Origin: Entomortierella parvispora E1425
Lineage: Eukaryota; Fungi; Mortierellomycota
Direction of reading: 5' to 3'
Assembly (NCBI GenBank): GCA_020891255.1
Contig: BQFW01000013.1
Coordinates: 1,612,001 to 1,676,000 of the forward strand
DNA: 64,000 nt
The position numbers and the translations under genes are program-made. Below are positions 24,992 to 37,123 of this stretch, one piece after another. Numbering within the stretch: position 1 is the first letter of the stretch; every line of letters begins with the position of its first letter. The notes under the pieces were generated by a model. That model had not been told where the DNA came from and did no database searches. It was given only the letters and a program-made list of their open reading frames with translations.

Positions 24992-27900
24992 CCTGTAGGC
25001 GGGTGTACTTATTTGCCCAGGATAATCTACAGTCACTATTTTGAAAATATTGAACACCTGTGAATCATTTCACAGCGTTGAGTGAATGCATCCTTTGTTG
25101 CACCCCGTTTGGTTTATCTGAGTGAAGGGGGGCCCCTTGTCAATATCCAGCTGGGAGCAACCCTCATACATGATACCGGTGGTGATGGCGCAGCGTATGT
25201 CTGCTGTTTTCTGTCTGGCCAACATGCCCTCAAAGAAAACAATAGCTGGTTGTGGAAACGGGCCTGCGGGGTGTGGTCCACTTTTACTGATGACTACGCG
25301 GATATCAACATCCATCATCATCCATCATCGTACCCCACCTTGGTTATTATTTTGCCTCTTTTTTTTTCCCTTTCTCATTCCTACTCTCTCTTCGACGTGT
25401 ACTCTTGATACACCCTTCCAACGCATCCGCATCCACAACCATCCACGCTCCTTCTCCCAAGACTCTCCCCTCACGTATCTCCCTACAAAGATATTGTCTC
25501 GACGCCGTGCAAAGGTAGGCTTTACTCGCGCTGTTTGCCTGCTTTAATCCGGTGTAAGGGAGCAATACACTCACACGGTTTCTGTCATAGCACCTCTCCG
25601 CCATCTCGCTGCCCCCCCCTCAACCCTTTGAAAAAGTCTACTCCAAGCTACCACCCTCGTTTGCTGCCAACACCAGGTACTGTGAAGCAAGTGCGAATGA
25701 GTAGCCCCTTGACGTTGTTCATATCAAGGGTTCAAGAATCTAACCAGAAAAGCCTTTTTTTTTTTTTTTTTTTAATACCACAGCGTCGCTCTTCTAAAAT
25801 GGGTGGCCCTGGCCTTTTGGCGGTCGTTGGTACAGCAAAGGAGCTCCCCAAAGTCGATCTGCCAGACTGCAAGATCCTCGTCGATGTCGGTTCGTTTTAC
25901 CCATTTCTCGTTCGCTCGGTCTACAACAGCAAGATGGGCAAGCCAGAAGAATTCGCCGCCATTTGGATCCTGAACAAGTTCAATACTCCCAATGTCGAGT
26001 TCTTTATCGACGGCCATGGCAACAAAGAGAAGCATGCAACAAGCATGGCGCGACGTGACAACCAGGCCGATCTAGACAGTGCGGAATCCATTGTTAAAGA
26101 GATGGAGGATAGAGCTGCCGTCGGAAAGAGTACCAACAAGACCGACTACAGGACCTGCACAAAGCTATTAAGGTCTTGCACATCCCTCACCTACGACTTT
26201 AAGGACAAGCTTAGCAAGCAGATGGCATCACAATTGGCGGATCGTTTCATGAATGACTATCAGCTTGGACGGACTTTTGAACAATCTCCGCGCCATGTGC
26301 AGGCGAGACGACGCATCAGACATGAGGTTATCGTTGGTTTAGAAACTCTGAACGATCACCAGCTGAAGCAGCATTTCGATACCGCCGCCCAGAAGTACGT
26401 CAAGCTGGTCGACGGTGAGGCCGACCTCGCAATTGTTCGTCGAGCCAAGGAGCTGGTTATTGCAAAGACAAAGTTTGTTGTAGTCGGCAATGACTGTGAC
26501 TACGCCATCCATCCGTCGATTCCGATCCTTCTGCGGCCCTCTGGCAAGAAGTATATCCAGTACAATGTCGATGAACTTTTGGCAAAGTCGGAGCGGACAC
26601 GGGCTCAGTTCACAGTGCTGGGCTGTGTGTCCAAAACGGACTATAATGCGAACCTTGCTGGGTTTGGTATTGTCACCAATTCGCGTATCATCAAGTCTTG
26701 CTCAAAAGGTAAGTAGCCAAGGCTATTTTTTTGTTCTACCAAACATCAAGCTAGAGTTCACATCAAGCAAAATATTAATCACGCTCCGTGCAACCTTCTG
26801 TTAGACATCATTGTGGACGGCATTCCTGTGAAGGACGCTGCGCTCAAGATCTTGGACAATTACTACGAACACAAGGATGTCAAGGAGGCCATTGAAAAAA
26901 TCGATCCCTCGGATGTCGAGATGAAGGAAAACCAACGAGCGTCTTCCAAGAGGATATTCATCGATGGCGTAGAGACTCCACTCAGTGACGACGTAAAGCT
27001 CACAAGAGCAAACTTGGAGAATCAGACTCGAGATAAAGTCATCGACCTGAAGAAGCGCATGCTTGCGGCCGGCAAGATTCGCCGCCAGGTACTCAAAAGC
27101 CGAAAGGAAAAGTCGACACAGCAGTAAGTCATCATGTCAGAACAAATACAGACAGAGCCACGATTGGAAACCTCATCTTGCTGACACTTCTTTCTACATT
27201 GACACCTTTGATCGCAAATAGAACAAGCGTAGAAAAGTACAAGAGAAAGAGGTACAACCGCTTCAAGACTGTTCAGTGCCCGCGCCTCGATGACCCGTCA
27301 CACCCAGGCTATTCTCCCAAGCCGGATGACAGTGCGACACCCGATCCAGCACGTCAAGAGCGTCAAGCACGTCAACATCTCCATCGCCAAAGTGTCAATG
27401 CACGCCGATTGATACGTGATGACAACATGGCCATTCGTGCTGGGCGCTGCAAGGCCGAGTACAAGAGCAAAGGATTTCACAAGATGCCTTCCAAACAGTT
27501 TGCCATCAAAGTTCACTGTGTCGGAGGCGCAGGCACGCAGGTCAATGCGACCTTGGGGGATCCGCCAAAGGATCTGGAATTCAAGCCATTCAAGCCATTC
27601 GATCCAGACTATGGCAAAAAAAACAAAGACCCCGAGAACCCCGAGGCAAGGACCAAGCCCGAGACCAAGCCCAAGCAGAGCCAAAAGAAGACGACAAGAA
27701 AGTCTGGGCAGACTCCAAAGACTCCAAAGGCACCCAAGCCGGCCACTCCACCCAGCAACCGCGCCTTGAGAAAATCGTTCTTTCTCAAAAGTCTGACTGG
27801 TCGTCACGCATGCAAAACACTGAACATGGGCCAGCTGGGAAGCAATATTGACAAGGCGATCAGCGCATCGTGGTTGGCTGAGCACTCAAACAAAACAAAG

Positions 27901-30900
27901 TATAACACCTTAAGGAAGTTGACCCAAAACGACGTCAGACTGGCAGTTGTCAAGACCATGCGGCGCATTGCACGGGTCGCCAACGAGCTGTTGCGCCATG
28001 GGCAGGATGCCGTTGGGTTGTACATCACCGACACCAAGGATTTGCGGCCCTTGAAGGAAGCTTTGTTTCTGCCAAAGAAATTGAGGGACGCCGCTGAAGC
28101 TGCCAAAGCCGCGGCCAGTATTGCTCGCACTGCTGCCGAAGCTGATCCTACCAACACTGATGTCGCCACTGCTTTGGCAGCCGCCGACGCCGCCGCCGCT
28201 ACTGCGATTGCCAATGCCGACGTCGATAGCATTATCAACAATGCAGGCAAGAAGAGGCTGGCGAATATCGAAAAGAAAAAAGGGCTCGCGTCGTCGCAGG
28301 GGCAGCAAGACGAAAAGTGCTGACACTCCCGGGTCCGGTCCAACCGGTATGGACGTTGACGCACTTGCTGTTGGTCTTTCCGATATGGATATTGACACGT
28401 CTAGCCTTGGCCCCATGGACATGGACATTGACTCGCCTGCTCCCGCTCCTGTCTCGAGTCCCAAGGAGGACATGGACTCTGATGATGAAGTCAACGTGGA
28501 TGAGGAGGAGGAGGAACTCGAGGAGGACGACGATGCACCTGACGAAGACAACACTGGGGACGGTGACGACGACGAGGGAGACATTGAGGATGAATCGGGA
28601 ATGAAGGGGGACAATGGTGGCTTCATGGTGTCTCTGCTCAGGTATTTTCGACACCAATTTGAAATTGGTCAGGGAAACACCAACCGCCACCTCATTGAAG
28701 ATATTCGCTCGTTATACTCCAAAGTTAATACCAACTTTGACGAGTCCATGCTCCTCGTCTTGACTGGGATTCAGGCTAAAGGGTCGAGAAATGTGTACCT
28801 GGAAGGCGGTATTGTGGCTCAACTGGGCATCCGTTTAGCATGTCAGTTGCGGAGGTATTTTATTGATCAGGCGGCCGGCATTGCGACGAGTCTTCCTCAG
28901 TCCCCCATAAGGAACGGCTACATCAGGCTAAGCGAGCTGGACCTTTGGAACCATTTCCAGTATGTTTGGGATATATTCAACTTTATCATGGTTATACGGA
29001 ACGCCGAAAAAGACCCTCCAAGGCCTTCCTGCATCCACCCAACAGAACTTCAAGCTAGAACTCAACGAATTACCTCCCGGTTGGCTCCTCACAAAGCTGG
29101 TGACACCCCTCGGCAAGGGAGACAAAGACAAGGTCACCACTGCCACGATCCAAGAGATGTCTGATCTGAGAGCATACCTGGTAAATGATGCCTCGGACAA
29201 GAGTGTTAGTTCGAGCGAGTTCTTGATGGCACAGCGGAGGATACCAGATGCTACCAACCTGGTGCGCGGACAACCAAAAAACTTTTTGCCGTCGTATCTA
29301 CACAGAGGATCGATCGTCACCAATGGGTCCCACGCCTACCTCTCAACTGTTGATCTCCGGATTCGGAAGCAACAACGATTTATCACAGAGATATTCGAGG
29401 AGGGAGGGTTCCGCAGGAGACATGTCCTCTCCCCTGATAATCGAAAGTTGCTACCAAACTTGTCAACAGCCGTCCCTAGCCAGGAATCACTGACGGCAAT
29501 GTTTCCAGACACAACCAGGGTGGACATTGGCGCGATTGACCTTGGCAAGGAGTTTATGGTCGGATTTGCCTGCAAGCGCTATGACAGTGACGACTTTATC
29601 TATACGATCAGTGCAAAGACAAGGGCAGTGTACCAACCGTCCAATCGACGTCGGAGCGAAGTCAACAGATTGAAGAACAACACCATCATTGACATCCCGG
29701 TTGGAGAGAGCGCCAAGTTGATCCCACCACGCAAGTTCACTCCAGGAATGACCACGACTGGTCAGGCCATAGCAATGTATGAAACAAGGCTAGAGTCGAT
29801 GGACAACAACCCAAAGGGACGGATCCAGGAAAAGTTGACCCCAGAGTACCATTTACTCTCTTCGTTCTACAACAAAGGCCATCGACATCAAAAGAGTGAG
29901 GCACAAACGAAGCGTGCGACAACGGCAGAGCTAGACATTCTGACCAACCATATCTTAACAGCCATGGGGACACATCTGCGCGTGCAAGAGGATGGTCAGC
30001 CCAGACCGAGGGGAGTAATTTCCATCGGGCAGGACGGGAAGCGTGGGTTCTCGTCAGTGTCAAAGGGCTACGAGATGTCCAAGCACAACACGTTTCTGGA
30101 CCACTTTGTGCCACGGGTAATTTTTTTCTTTCACCTTTTTTTTTTTTTTTTCGGATCTGTCAAGGTCCAGTCAACAAGAACAAGAGACTAACAGTTGTTC
30201 CACGATTCATGTTTACAACCACTGCAACTAGGCCCGAAGACTTGGCTACATCATTGTTGGTTTGCCAGAGTATTATACCTCCCGCCGTTGCCCAAAGTGT
30301 CAGAGCAGCGGCATCTCCGAGCAGGACTTTGTGGGCTATATAGGAATACGCCGTGCCCATTGTGTCCGCTGTGGGACATGGTTCCACCGGGATCTTCTTG
30401 CTGCTTCCAACATGGTCGTAGCGACCAGGTACTACCTGGACCACCTCTCGCGCCCTGCCTACCTTTTGCCAATCACAAAGGACGAGAAATTTGTCTTTGA
30501 CCAAAGGTATGGACCCAACCTTCCACCGGGTGTGCCAGCCAACAAAATCATTCGCCGTGGTGAATCTGGTGATCAGCCAGACATTGCCAGTTCGAGCAGT
30601 TCAAGCGCACCACCACCTCCTCCACCACCAGCGTCGCCGCCAGGTAAGGCAACTCTGCTGCTCGTGCTTTTATAGGTTATAGACCATGTGCTGCTGAATG
30701 TCCTCTTGACGTCCTCTTGACCACATTTCACATTGTATTTTCTCAGGCACTCCGCAGACACCAAAGTTGAGCCGAAAGGACGCCCAAAAGCAGAGGCAAG
30801 CACAGACTCTAGCCCAGCTTGGCTCAGGGTCAGCTGCAGGGTCAAGTTCTACGCAAGTGCAGGCAGAAGGCCCTCCACCAAAGAAGCGACGCACTCGTCC

Positions 30901-32004
30901 TGCTGCAAAGAGGACGGCACCGCAGACACTGGCACAGATACCGCAAGGATCATGGACAAGTTCAGCTCTGGGTTCGCAAACGCACAGTCAGGCTCAGGCC
31001 CAGACACAGGCCCAGGCGTCATGGACACCAGAGCAAAGGTCGTTTCTTTCACCCACTCAGTCATCACAAAGACAAAGCTATGCTGCCATTGCAGCAGTGG
31101 GAGTGGCACAGGCACAGGCACGGCAAGGACCAGCATCAGCGTCAAGTTCGCAAGCTCGTCCACGGATGCAACCCCAAACACGACAGCAGACACAGAGTCA
31201 GCCACAGACCGGGGCACCCATGAGGTTGTGGTCCTACGCAGAGTCAGTGCGAGGAAGGCAAGCCGAAGCAGGATCATCCACAGGAGGTGAGTGAATCGCC
31301 CAATTGCTCCACAAACATATCCATTCGTTATCTAACACAGGCGCCGACCATTTCTTTGACTGTCCATCGCAACAGGTCCCATTCGCCGTGGCCAGTCCAT
31401 TCACCCGCAAGCAGGGCAGCAAACAGGCAAGTCCATGGGAGCGTTCAAAAAGCGAGACCACTTTCTAACATGGATGTATATTCATCCTTTCTTGTAGGCT
31501 TGGCCTTCTCGGCATCGCCCTCTACCCCATCGCCGGCCGCTACATCAGCCTCAGCCTCAGCGTCATCTTCTTCTGCACCCAGGCGACAGCAGCAGCAGCA
31601 GCAAGGTAGATGCAGCAACCGCCTCGAGTCATCCAACGCACTTGATACTCACTGTCACCATGGTTGACCACTTTTCGCAATCATCACAATAGATCCAACA
31701 GCAGGATCAGCATCTTCATCCCTCAGCGATACTAACAAACTCGCGTAATCTACCTTATAGTAGAACTGGGTAAGAAAAAGTTCTTGTTCAAAAGGCAAAG
31801 GCAAGCGACATGCTACAAGCGACATGCTTCAAGTCTTTCTAACACGTTGATCACCTCTCTTTTCGTCTCTACAGGTTTTGCTCCGGGTAGGTCGCTATTT
31901 TTTTTTTTTTTTTGCAAAGGTCGCATGTGAAATTGTGATTTTTGTGAATCGTCGTGAAAACTAATCTAAGCCACCCTTGACCAATAGCGAAGCCCCCTGT
32001 AGGC
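24992..32004 (+). mobile_element. Candidate DNA-transposon boundaries of the PIN-Fanzor locus (9-bp TSD, degenerate GGG...CCC TIR)
   Basis: cctgtaggc at 24992-25000 and 31996-32004; the inner ends match as inverted repeats at 14 of the first 23 positions. Found post hoc and no DDE transposase seen. Confidence 0.35.
25799..31294 (+). CDS. XPG/FEN1-like PIN nuclease domain followed by a Fanzor RuvC/Zn-finger module; reading frame broken near 28270-28323 and 28960-29045; low-complexity tail may extend to ~31.7 kb
   Basis: PIN motifs ILVDV, FIDGHGNKEKHATSMARR, GEADLAI, GNDCDY and H3TH-like SKTDYNANLAGFGIVTNSRII. RuvC-I GAIDLG (D 29538), ISIG, ARRLGYIIVGLPEYYTSRRCPKC (E 30268), CVRC, HRDLLAASNM (D 30391). 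In-phase introns 26709-26804, 27124-27221, 30117-30231, 30644-30746; 5'UTR intron 25677-25783. Confidence 0.8.
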
Positions 32005-32183
32005 TGTGCTCCAAATTGGACGGTTGTTTTTTCAAGGAACTTTCTGGACTCAGACGAAATCTCGTCCATTTGTCATTTCGTCCTTCTTTCATTCCTTCTT
32101 GACTCCTTGCTGCAGTGCACGCATCTGCCGGATCACCCTCTCTCCTCTCTTTCTTCACATTCCACACACAGAACACATTCGCC

Positions 32184-34011
32184 ATGGCCAAGGATATGAA
32201 AAACGTCAACAACTGGTAAAGGCAAAGGGACGGACCTTTTTTTTTTCTTTTTTTCTTTTTGTTGATGCCCTGGATGGAAGGATGCTTTGCCATTCTTTGC
32301 TTTTGACCTCTCCACTCGCCGGTCCACTCACCCTGCCATTGGTGCTTTCTCTGGCGGCATACTTGCTTCCTCTTCACTTTCTGTCTGTCTGTCTCTTTAG
32401 GCACTGGGTTGACAAGAACTGCATCAACTGGGCCAAGACCTACTTCGAGACCGAACTTAGCAACGTCTCTGCAGAGGCCGAGGGCAACTCGGTCAAGACC
32501 TTGGCTGTCACCTCTGTCAACGGCGATGTCGACGTCAACCAGCGCAAGGGAAAGATCATCACCATCTTTGATGTTGCCATTACCATGACCTTTGAGGGTA
32601 AGCGGAAGCGTCATCCTCGGTTGCTTTCCTTTTTAAAAGATCAGATCAAACAACGAGGGAGAGACTAATCGGACCAATTACAAATTTCAGGCACCACCGC
32701 TGACGGAACTGCCGTTACCGGCAAGATTGAGATCCCCGAGGTCGCACACGACACCGAGACGGATGACTATGTCGTAAGTAGACCACTGGGCCAGCACGAT
32801 CTGGAGGGGAACATGGGCATTGGATGCGTCTTCGTACAGCTAGAGTTGACGGACTGACGTCCTGATCTCGTTCTTTTTATAGTTTGACGTCTCGATCGAT
32901 GCAGACAACAGATCCAAGCAGCCTGTGCGCGATCTGATCCGCAAGACTCTTGCCCCCATCCTCCGCAAGAAGCTTGACCTTTTCGCTTCGGATCTCATCA
33001 AGGGTATGGAAGATGCTTTGATCTGCATGAATAGGGTGCATACGATCCGCTGCAAAGACGCTAACCGTGCACCCTGATTTATTAGTTCACGGAAAGGATG
33101 TCCAGGTGGAGACTGATTTCACCAAGCCTGCGAGCCCTGCCCCTGTCACCCCCACCGTCAACTCATCCGCCTCTTCCCCAAAGCCAGCTGCTGCCCCCGG
33201 CACTGTCAACACGACGACATTGGAGGAGACTGTGGAGATGCAGGCATCCGCACATGATATCTACGATGTTCTCTTGAACCAGGCCAAGGTCGTCATCTGG
33301 ACTCGCAGCAACAAGTCGACCATCGAGCCCAAGGTTGGATCCAAGTTCAGCTTGTTTGGCGGCTCCGTGACCGGCGAGATCAAGGAGTTGGTCGAGGATA
33401 AGAAGATTGTTCAGAGCTGGCGCCTGACCTCCTGGCCAGCAGGTAAGTTGAAGCTATTCTTGGAAAGAGACTCGAGGGTGACCCTGAGATGCTGTGAAAC
33501 TGATGTTACCTGGGGGCGGGACTTTTTTCTCTTGATTCATAGGTCATTACTCGACTGTTACTATGGACATTTCCCAGAGCTCAAATTCCACGACCATCAA
33601 GGTCAAGCAGGAGGGCGTGCCCGTTGGAGAGCAGGATATTACCCGCCAGAACTGGAGCAACTACTACTGGGCCGAGATCAAGCGCACGTTTGGGTACGTA
33701 GGACTTGTTTCTTCTTCATCATCCTCTTCCAGCGCTACAATGAACGCATCACCATCATCAACCGTCAACAAGAAACAAAAGCGTCGTCGTCGAGATGGAG
33801 AAAAGAAGAGAAAGAACAAGAATGGTGGTGGTGGTGCGGGCATGTACACGGGAGCTGGACTCGCTGTGTTGACTGCATTTGCACTTGGATTTTGGTTCTC
33901 CAAGAAGTAAAAAAAAATCGACCTCCCCCTCCCCTCCCAAATAAAACCCATTACTCATCCACCCTTGCCTTTCTTTCTCTTTGTCACTCTAGTTTTGGTG
34001 TTGGCCTCTAA
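32184..34011 (+). CDS. AHA1: Hsp90 co-chaperone Aha1 (activator of Hsp90 ATPase), multi-exon
   Basis: MAKDMKNVNNW|HWVDKNC, GDVDVNQRKGKIITIFD, IPEVAHD, C-terminal START-like domain (FSLFGGSVTG, KIVQSWR, NWSNYYW); intron 33694-33992 gives canonical end IKRTFGFGVGL*. Confidence 0.92.
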
Positions 34012-34739
34012 AGAGAAACAGAGCAAGATATACAGGACGACTGTCGACAAGGCTAGACACGACTTTATCAGCCGGATCAAGAAGCTTTGCACCTCCTCTA
34101 CATACAAGCATCACTTTCTCGCCCGCGTCAATAAAGCCATATATACACAGACAAGCATCTTCTCTGCTCTTCCGCCGTGGGTGTAAAAAGTACTTTTCTT
34201 TTTTTTTCTTACAAAGGATCCAAATCCCGAACTGGCGCCCAAACCTCGTGTCAACCAATCGACCAGTAGTCTAGGTTGCACAAAGACTCGAGGGAAACAG
34301 CTCCCGAGGGAGCGGAGCGCCAGTGTGCATGCATGCAAGCCTGCAATTGCAACACACGATCGATTTTGAGACCTTTTTTTTTTTTCAATTGCAGCTGGAG
34401 TATCATTTGGACCTGGGCTCGTTGGCCCACACAATAATACCAACGGTCGAAATCAGCTTTAACCGTGATTGGGTTCTGAGCTGCAAAGGCGTCCAAGTCA
34501 GGGGAGAGGATCAGAGAACTCGGGATGGGGTGCCTACCGTCTACTTTTTTCTACTGCATGTCTTCTTTTTTTTCTTTTTTTTTTCCCTCTCTCTCTTCTT
34601 TGACTCCCTTTTTCTTTTCTTCTTCCCCTAGCCTCCTTTTACACTCGCTGTATCCCGATTCCATCCAAACAGCAACCCCCCTCCTCGTTTTCCTTTTTTT
34701 TTCTCCCTTTGAACCCTCCTGGTATCAACTATAACAAAA

Positions 34740-35147
34740 ATGCCCAGCGCCGTTCAACCCAAGAAACCAGTGATCATTGTCGGCGCCGGTCTGGCAGGAC
34801 TTGTCATGGCGATCCTTTTCGAGCGGATGAACATTCCTTATCAGATTTATGAAAGAGCCGCCAAAGTCAAGCCTCTCGGTAAGAAACCCCAACGCACCCT
34901 TTTTTTTTTGTGCGTTGATCTCTTGTCTATCCGGTGACTGACTGACTGACTTACTTGGAACTACATCGATTGTGGCTGTAGGTGCGCTCATGTCCTTGGG
35001 AAGCAATATCCTGGCTGTCTTTGAGCAGTTGGGAATCTATGATGAGTTGATCGACATTTCGTTGCCAATGATGGGCATGACGCTGTACAAGGAAAACATG
35101 GAAAAGATTGGTCTTTATGGTGTTGAGGGTATCAACAAGATGTAAGT

Positions 35148-35196
<49 letters not shown>

Positions 35197-37033
35197 TTTC
35201 ATCCTCCCACTTTTCTTTTTCCGTGCCCATGTGTTTTGTCATAAATTTGTGTTTCGTTTCTCGATATGCTGTGTCAATCGGGCTCACCTTCTCGCTCGTC
35301 TCCGCCGTTCTGCACTCTCTTTCTTTCTTTTTCTCCCTTCTAGTGCAGGATACGATTCTCTTGCCTTTCCTCGTCCAAAGTTGTACGACCTGATTCTGAG
35401 CAAAGTTCCTAAGGAGCGAATTACGTTTTCCAAAAAGATTGTCTCCTTCACCGAGTCCTTCGAGACCAAAGAGGATGGAACTGTCGGGGGATCGAGTGAG
35501 GGGATCACGATCCATTGCTCGGACGGGACCTCGTATGAGGGAAGTATCCTGATCGGAGCCGATGGCGCTTACAGTGGGATCCGACAGAACCTGTATGAGC
35601 AGATGGAGAGCAAGGGCGTCCTGCCATCCTCGGACAAGGAGAGTTTGGCGGTCAATTATGTCTGCATGGTGGGAACCAGTGAACCGATGGATCCTGAAAA
35701 GTACCCAGTTCTGAAGGATGATATCTCGCATGTGGCTCAGATTGTGGGCGAGAATAAGTCCTACTCAGTAAGGAGATGTGTCTCTTTTCCGATCGGGCGT
35801 TGGTTCCATAGGTTGATGGCTGTTTTTTTTTTCTCCTCCTCCTCCTGTTCCTCACTAAACCCGCCCCCCTTTTTTTTGCCTGTAGTGGACGAGTATCTCG
35901 GTGAAAGAGAACAGGATTTGCTGGTCAGTGGCGCAACAGCTCCCTGATACTCTCAAAAAGGAGGATATTGTTCGCAATTCTGAGTGGGGGCCAGAGGCCT
36001 GTGAGAGCACGATCCAGGAGGTATCCTCCTTCACGAATGGATTCGGGGGCACCTTGGGAGACCTGATCGAGAACACGCCTCGAGAGAACATCTCAAAGGT
36101 CATGTTGGAAGAGAAGCTCTTTCAAACTTGGCATCATGGACGAACAGTCCTCATTGGAGACGGTAAGGTTGCCTGATATCATCTGCCAGGACATCGCGCT
36201 TCCATGAGGAAAAGACATGCGTCGATCAAAAACTAATTAACATGATGTTTTCTTGGGCTTCTTCGACAGCGGCTCACAAGATGCTACCCAGTGCAGGTCA
36301 AGGTAAAAAAAAAGCTAAATATGAAAGACCGAGAACGTTTGTTTCCAAATGAGACCATGGACTGAAGCAGAAAGTTGAACAGACATATCTTAACACTTTG
36401 CTCTCCATTCTTATAACAAACAGGTGCCGTGAATGCCATGCAAGGTAAATATATATGGGCTACTCCAATTTCCAGGCTCCAATCGCAAACATCCCACATT
36501 TTCTCACGCACACCATTACCTCGTTGTATACGCACGACGCCCAGACGCCGTTATCTTGGCCAACTGCATCTACGATTTGGAGTCTTATAGCTCTGAAGCA
36601 TTGACGGCGGCTTTTGATGATTACTGGCAGCAACGGTATCCACAGGCAAAATTCCAGTTTGAAGTCAGCAAGTTCAATGGCAAGATCATGAGCGGCCAGG
36701 TAAAAACCAGAAATGGAGCAAGAAAACATTTGTGCACGAAGGTTTGTTTGTTTGAGCCTTGCCGCACTGACCCCAGCACTCATCCTGTCCTCCGATGACC
36801 TTTCTTTTATTTGATAGACTTGGTGGGAACGTGTTATTCGCAAGGTCGTGTTCAACTACCTGCCTCTTTGGGCACACGCGAGAATGTTTATCAAGAGTGC
36901 AAGCTATCGCCCTCAGATCGCCTTCTTGCCTGAGGCACCGCGTCGAGGTACTGTCGATTTGCTGCCTCTAAAGCCCTCAGTCCGCTACACACAAGAACAA
37001 GAAGCAATGAAGGATACAGCGACTGGTGCTTGA
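34740..37033 (+). CDS. FAD-dependent monooxygenase (FAD_binding_3 type), multi-exon
   Basis: VIIVGAGLAGL, YER, LIGADGAYSGIR, VLIGD|AAHKMLPSAG|QGAVNAMQ|DAVILAN across GT-AG introns. Confidence 0.9.
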
Positions 37034-37123
37034 TTATAAGAAGGAAAGAATGAAGAAAAATAGAGAAAAAACCCCCACCATAGAATAAAATGCCGAGTTT
37101 ACATTTCGCTTTTTCCTTTTGTT

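Noticed and set aside
28118-28299. Introns that might repair the first PIN-Fanzor frame break (28118-28180 GT-AG; 28247-28299 GC-AG)
   Set aside because: The first is 63 nt and keeps the frame; the second leads into the third frame, not frame B
32030-32050. Heat-shock element upstream of AHA1 (GAActTTCtgGAc)
   Set aside because: Fewer than three perfect nGAAn units; plausible but not supportable
33694-33732. 39-nt alternative intron in AHA1
   Set aside because: Very short, no clear branch site, and in frame so it would not change the conclusion
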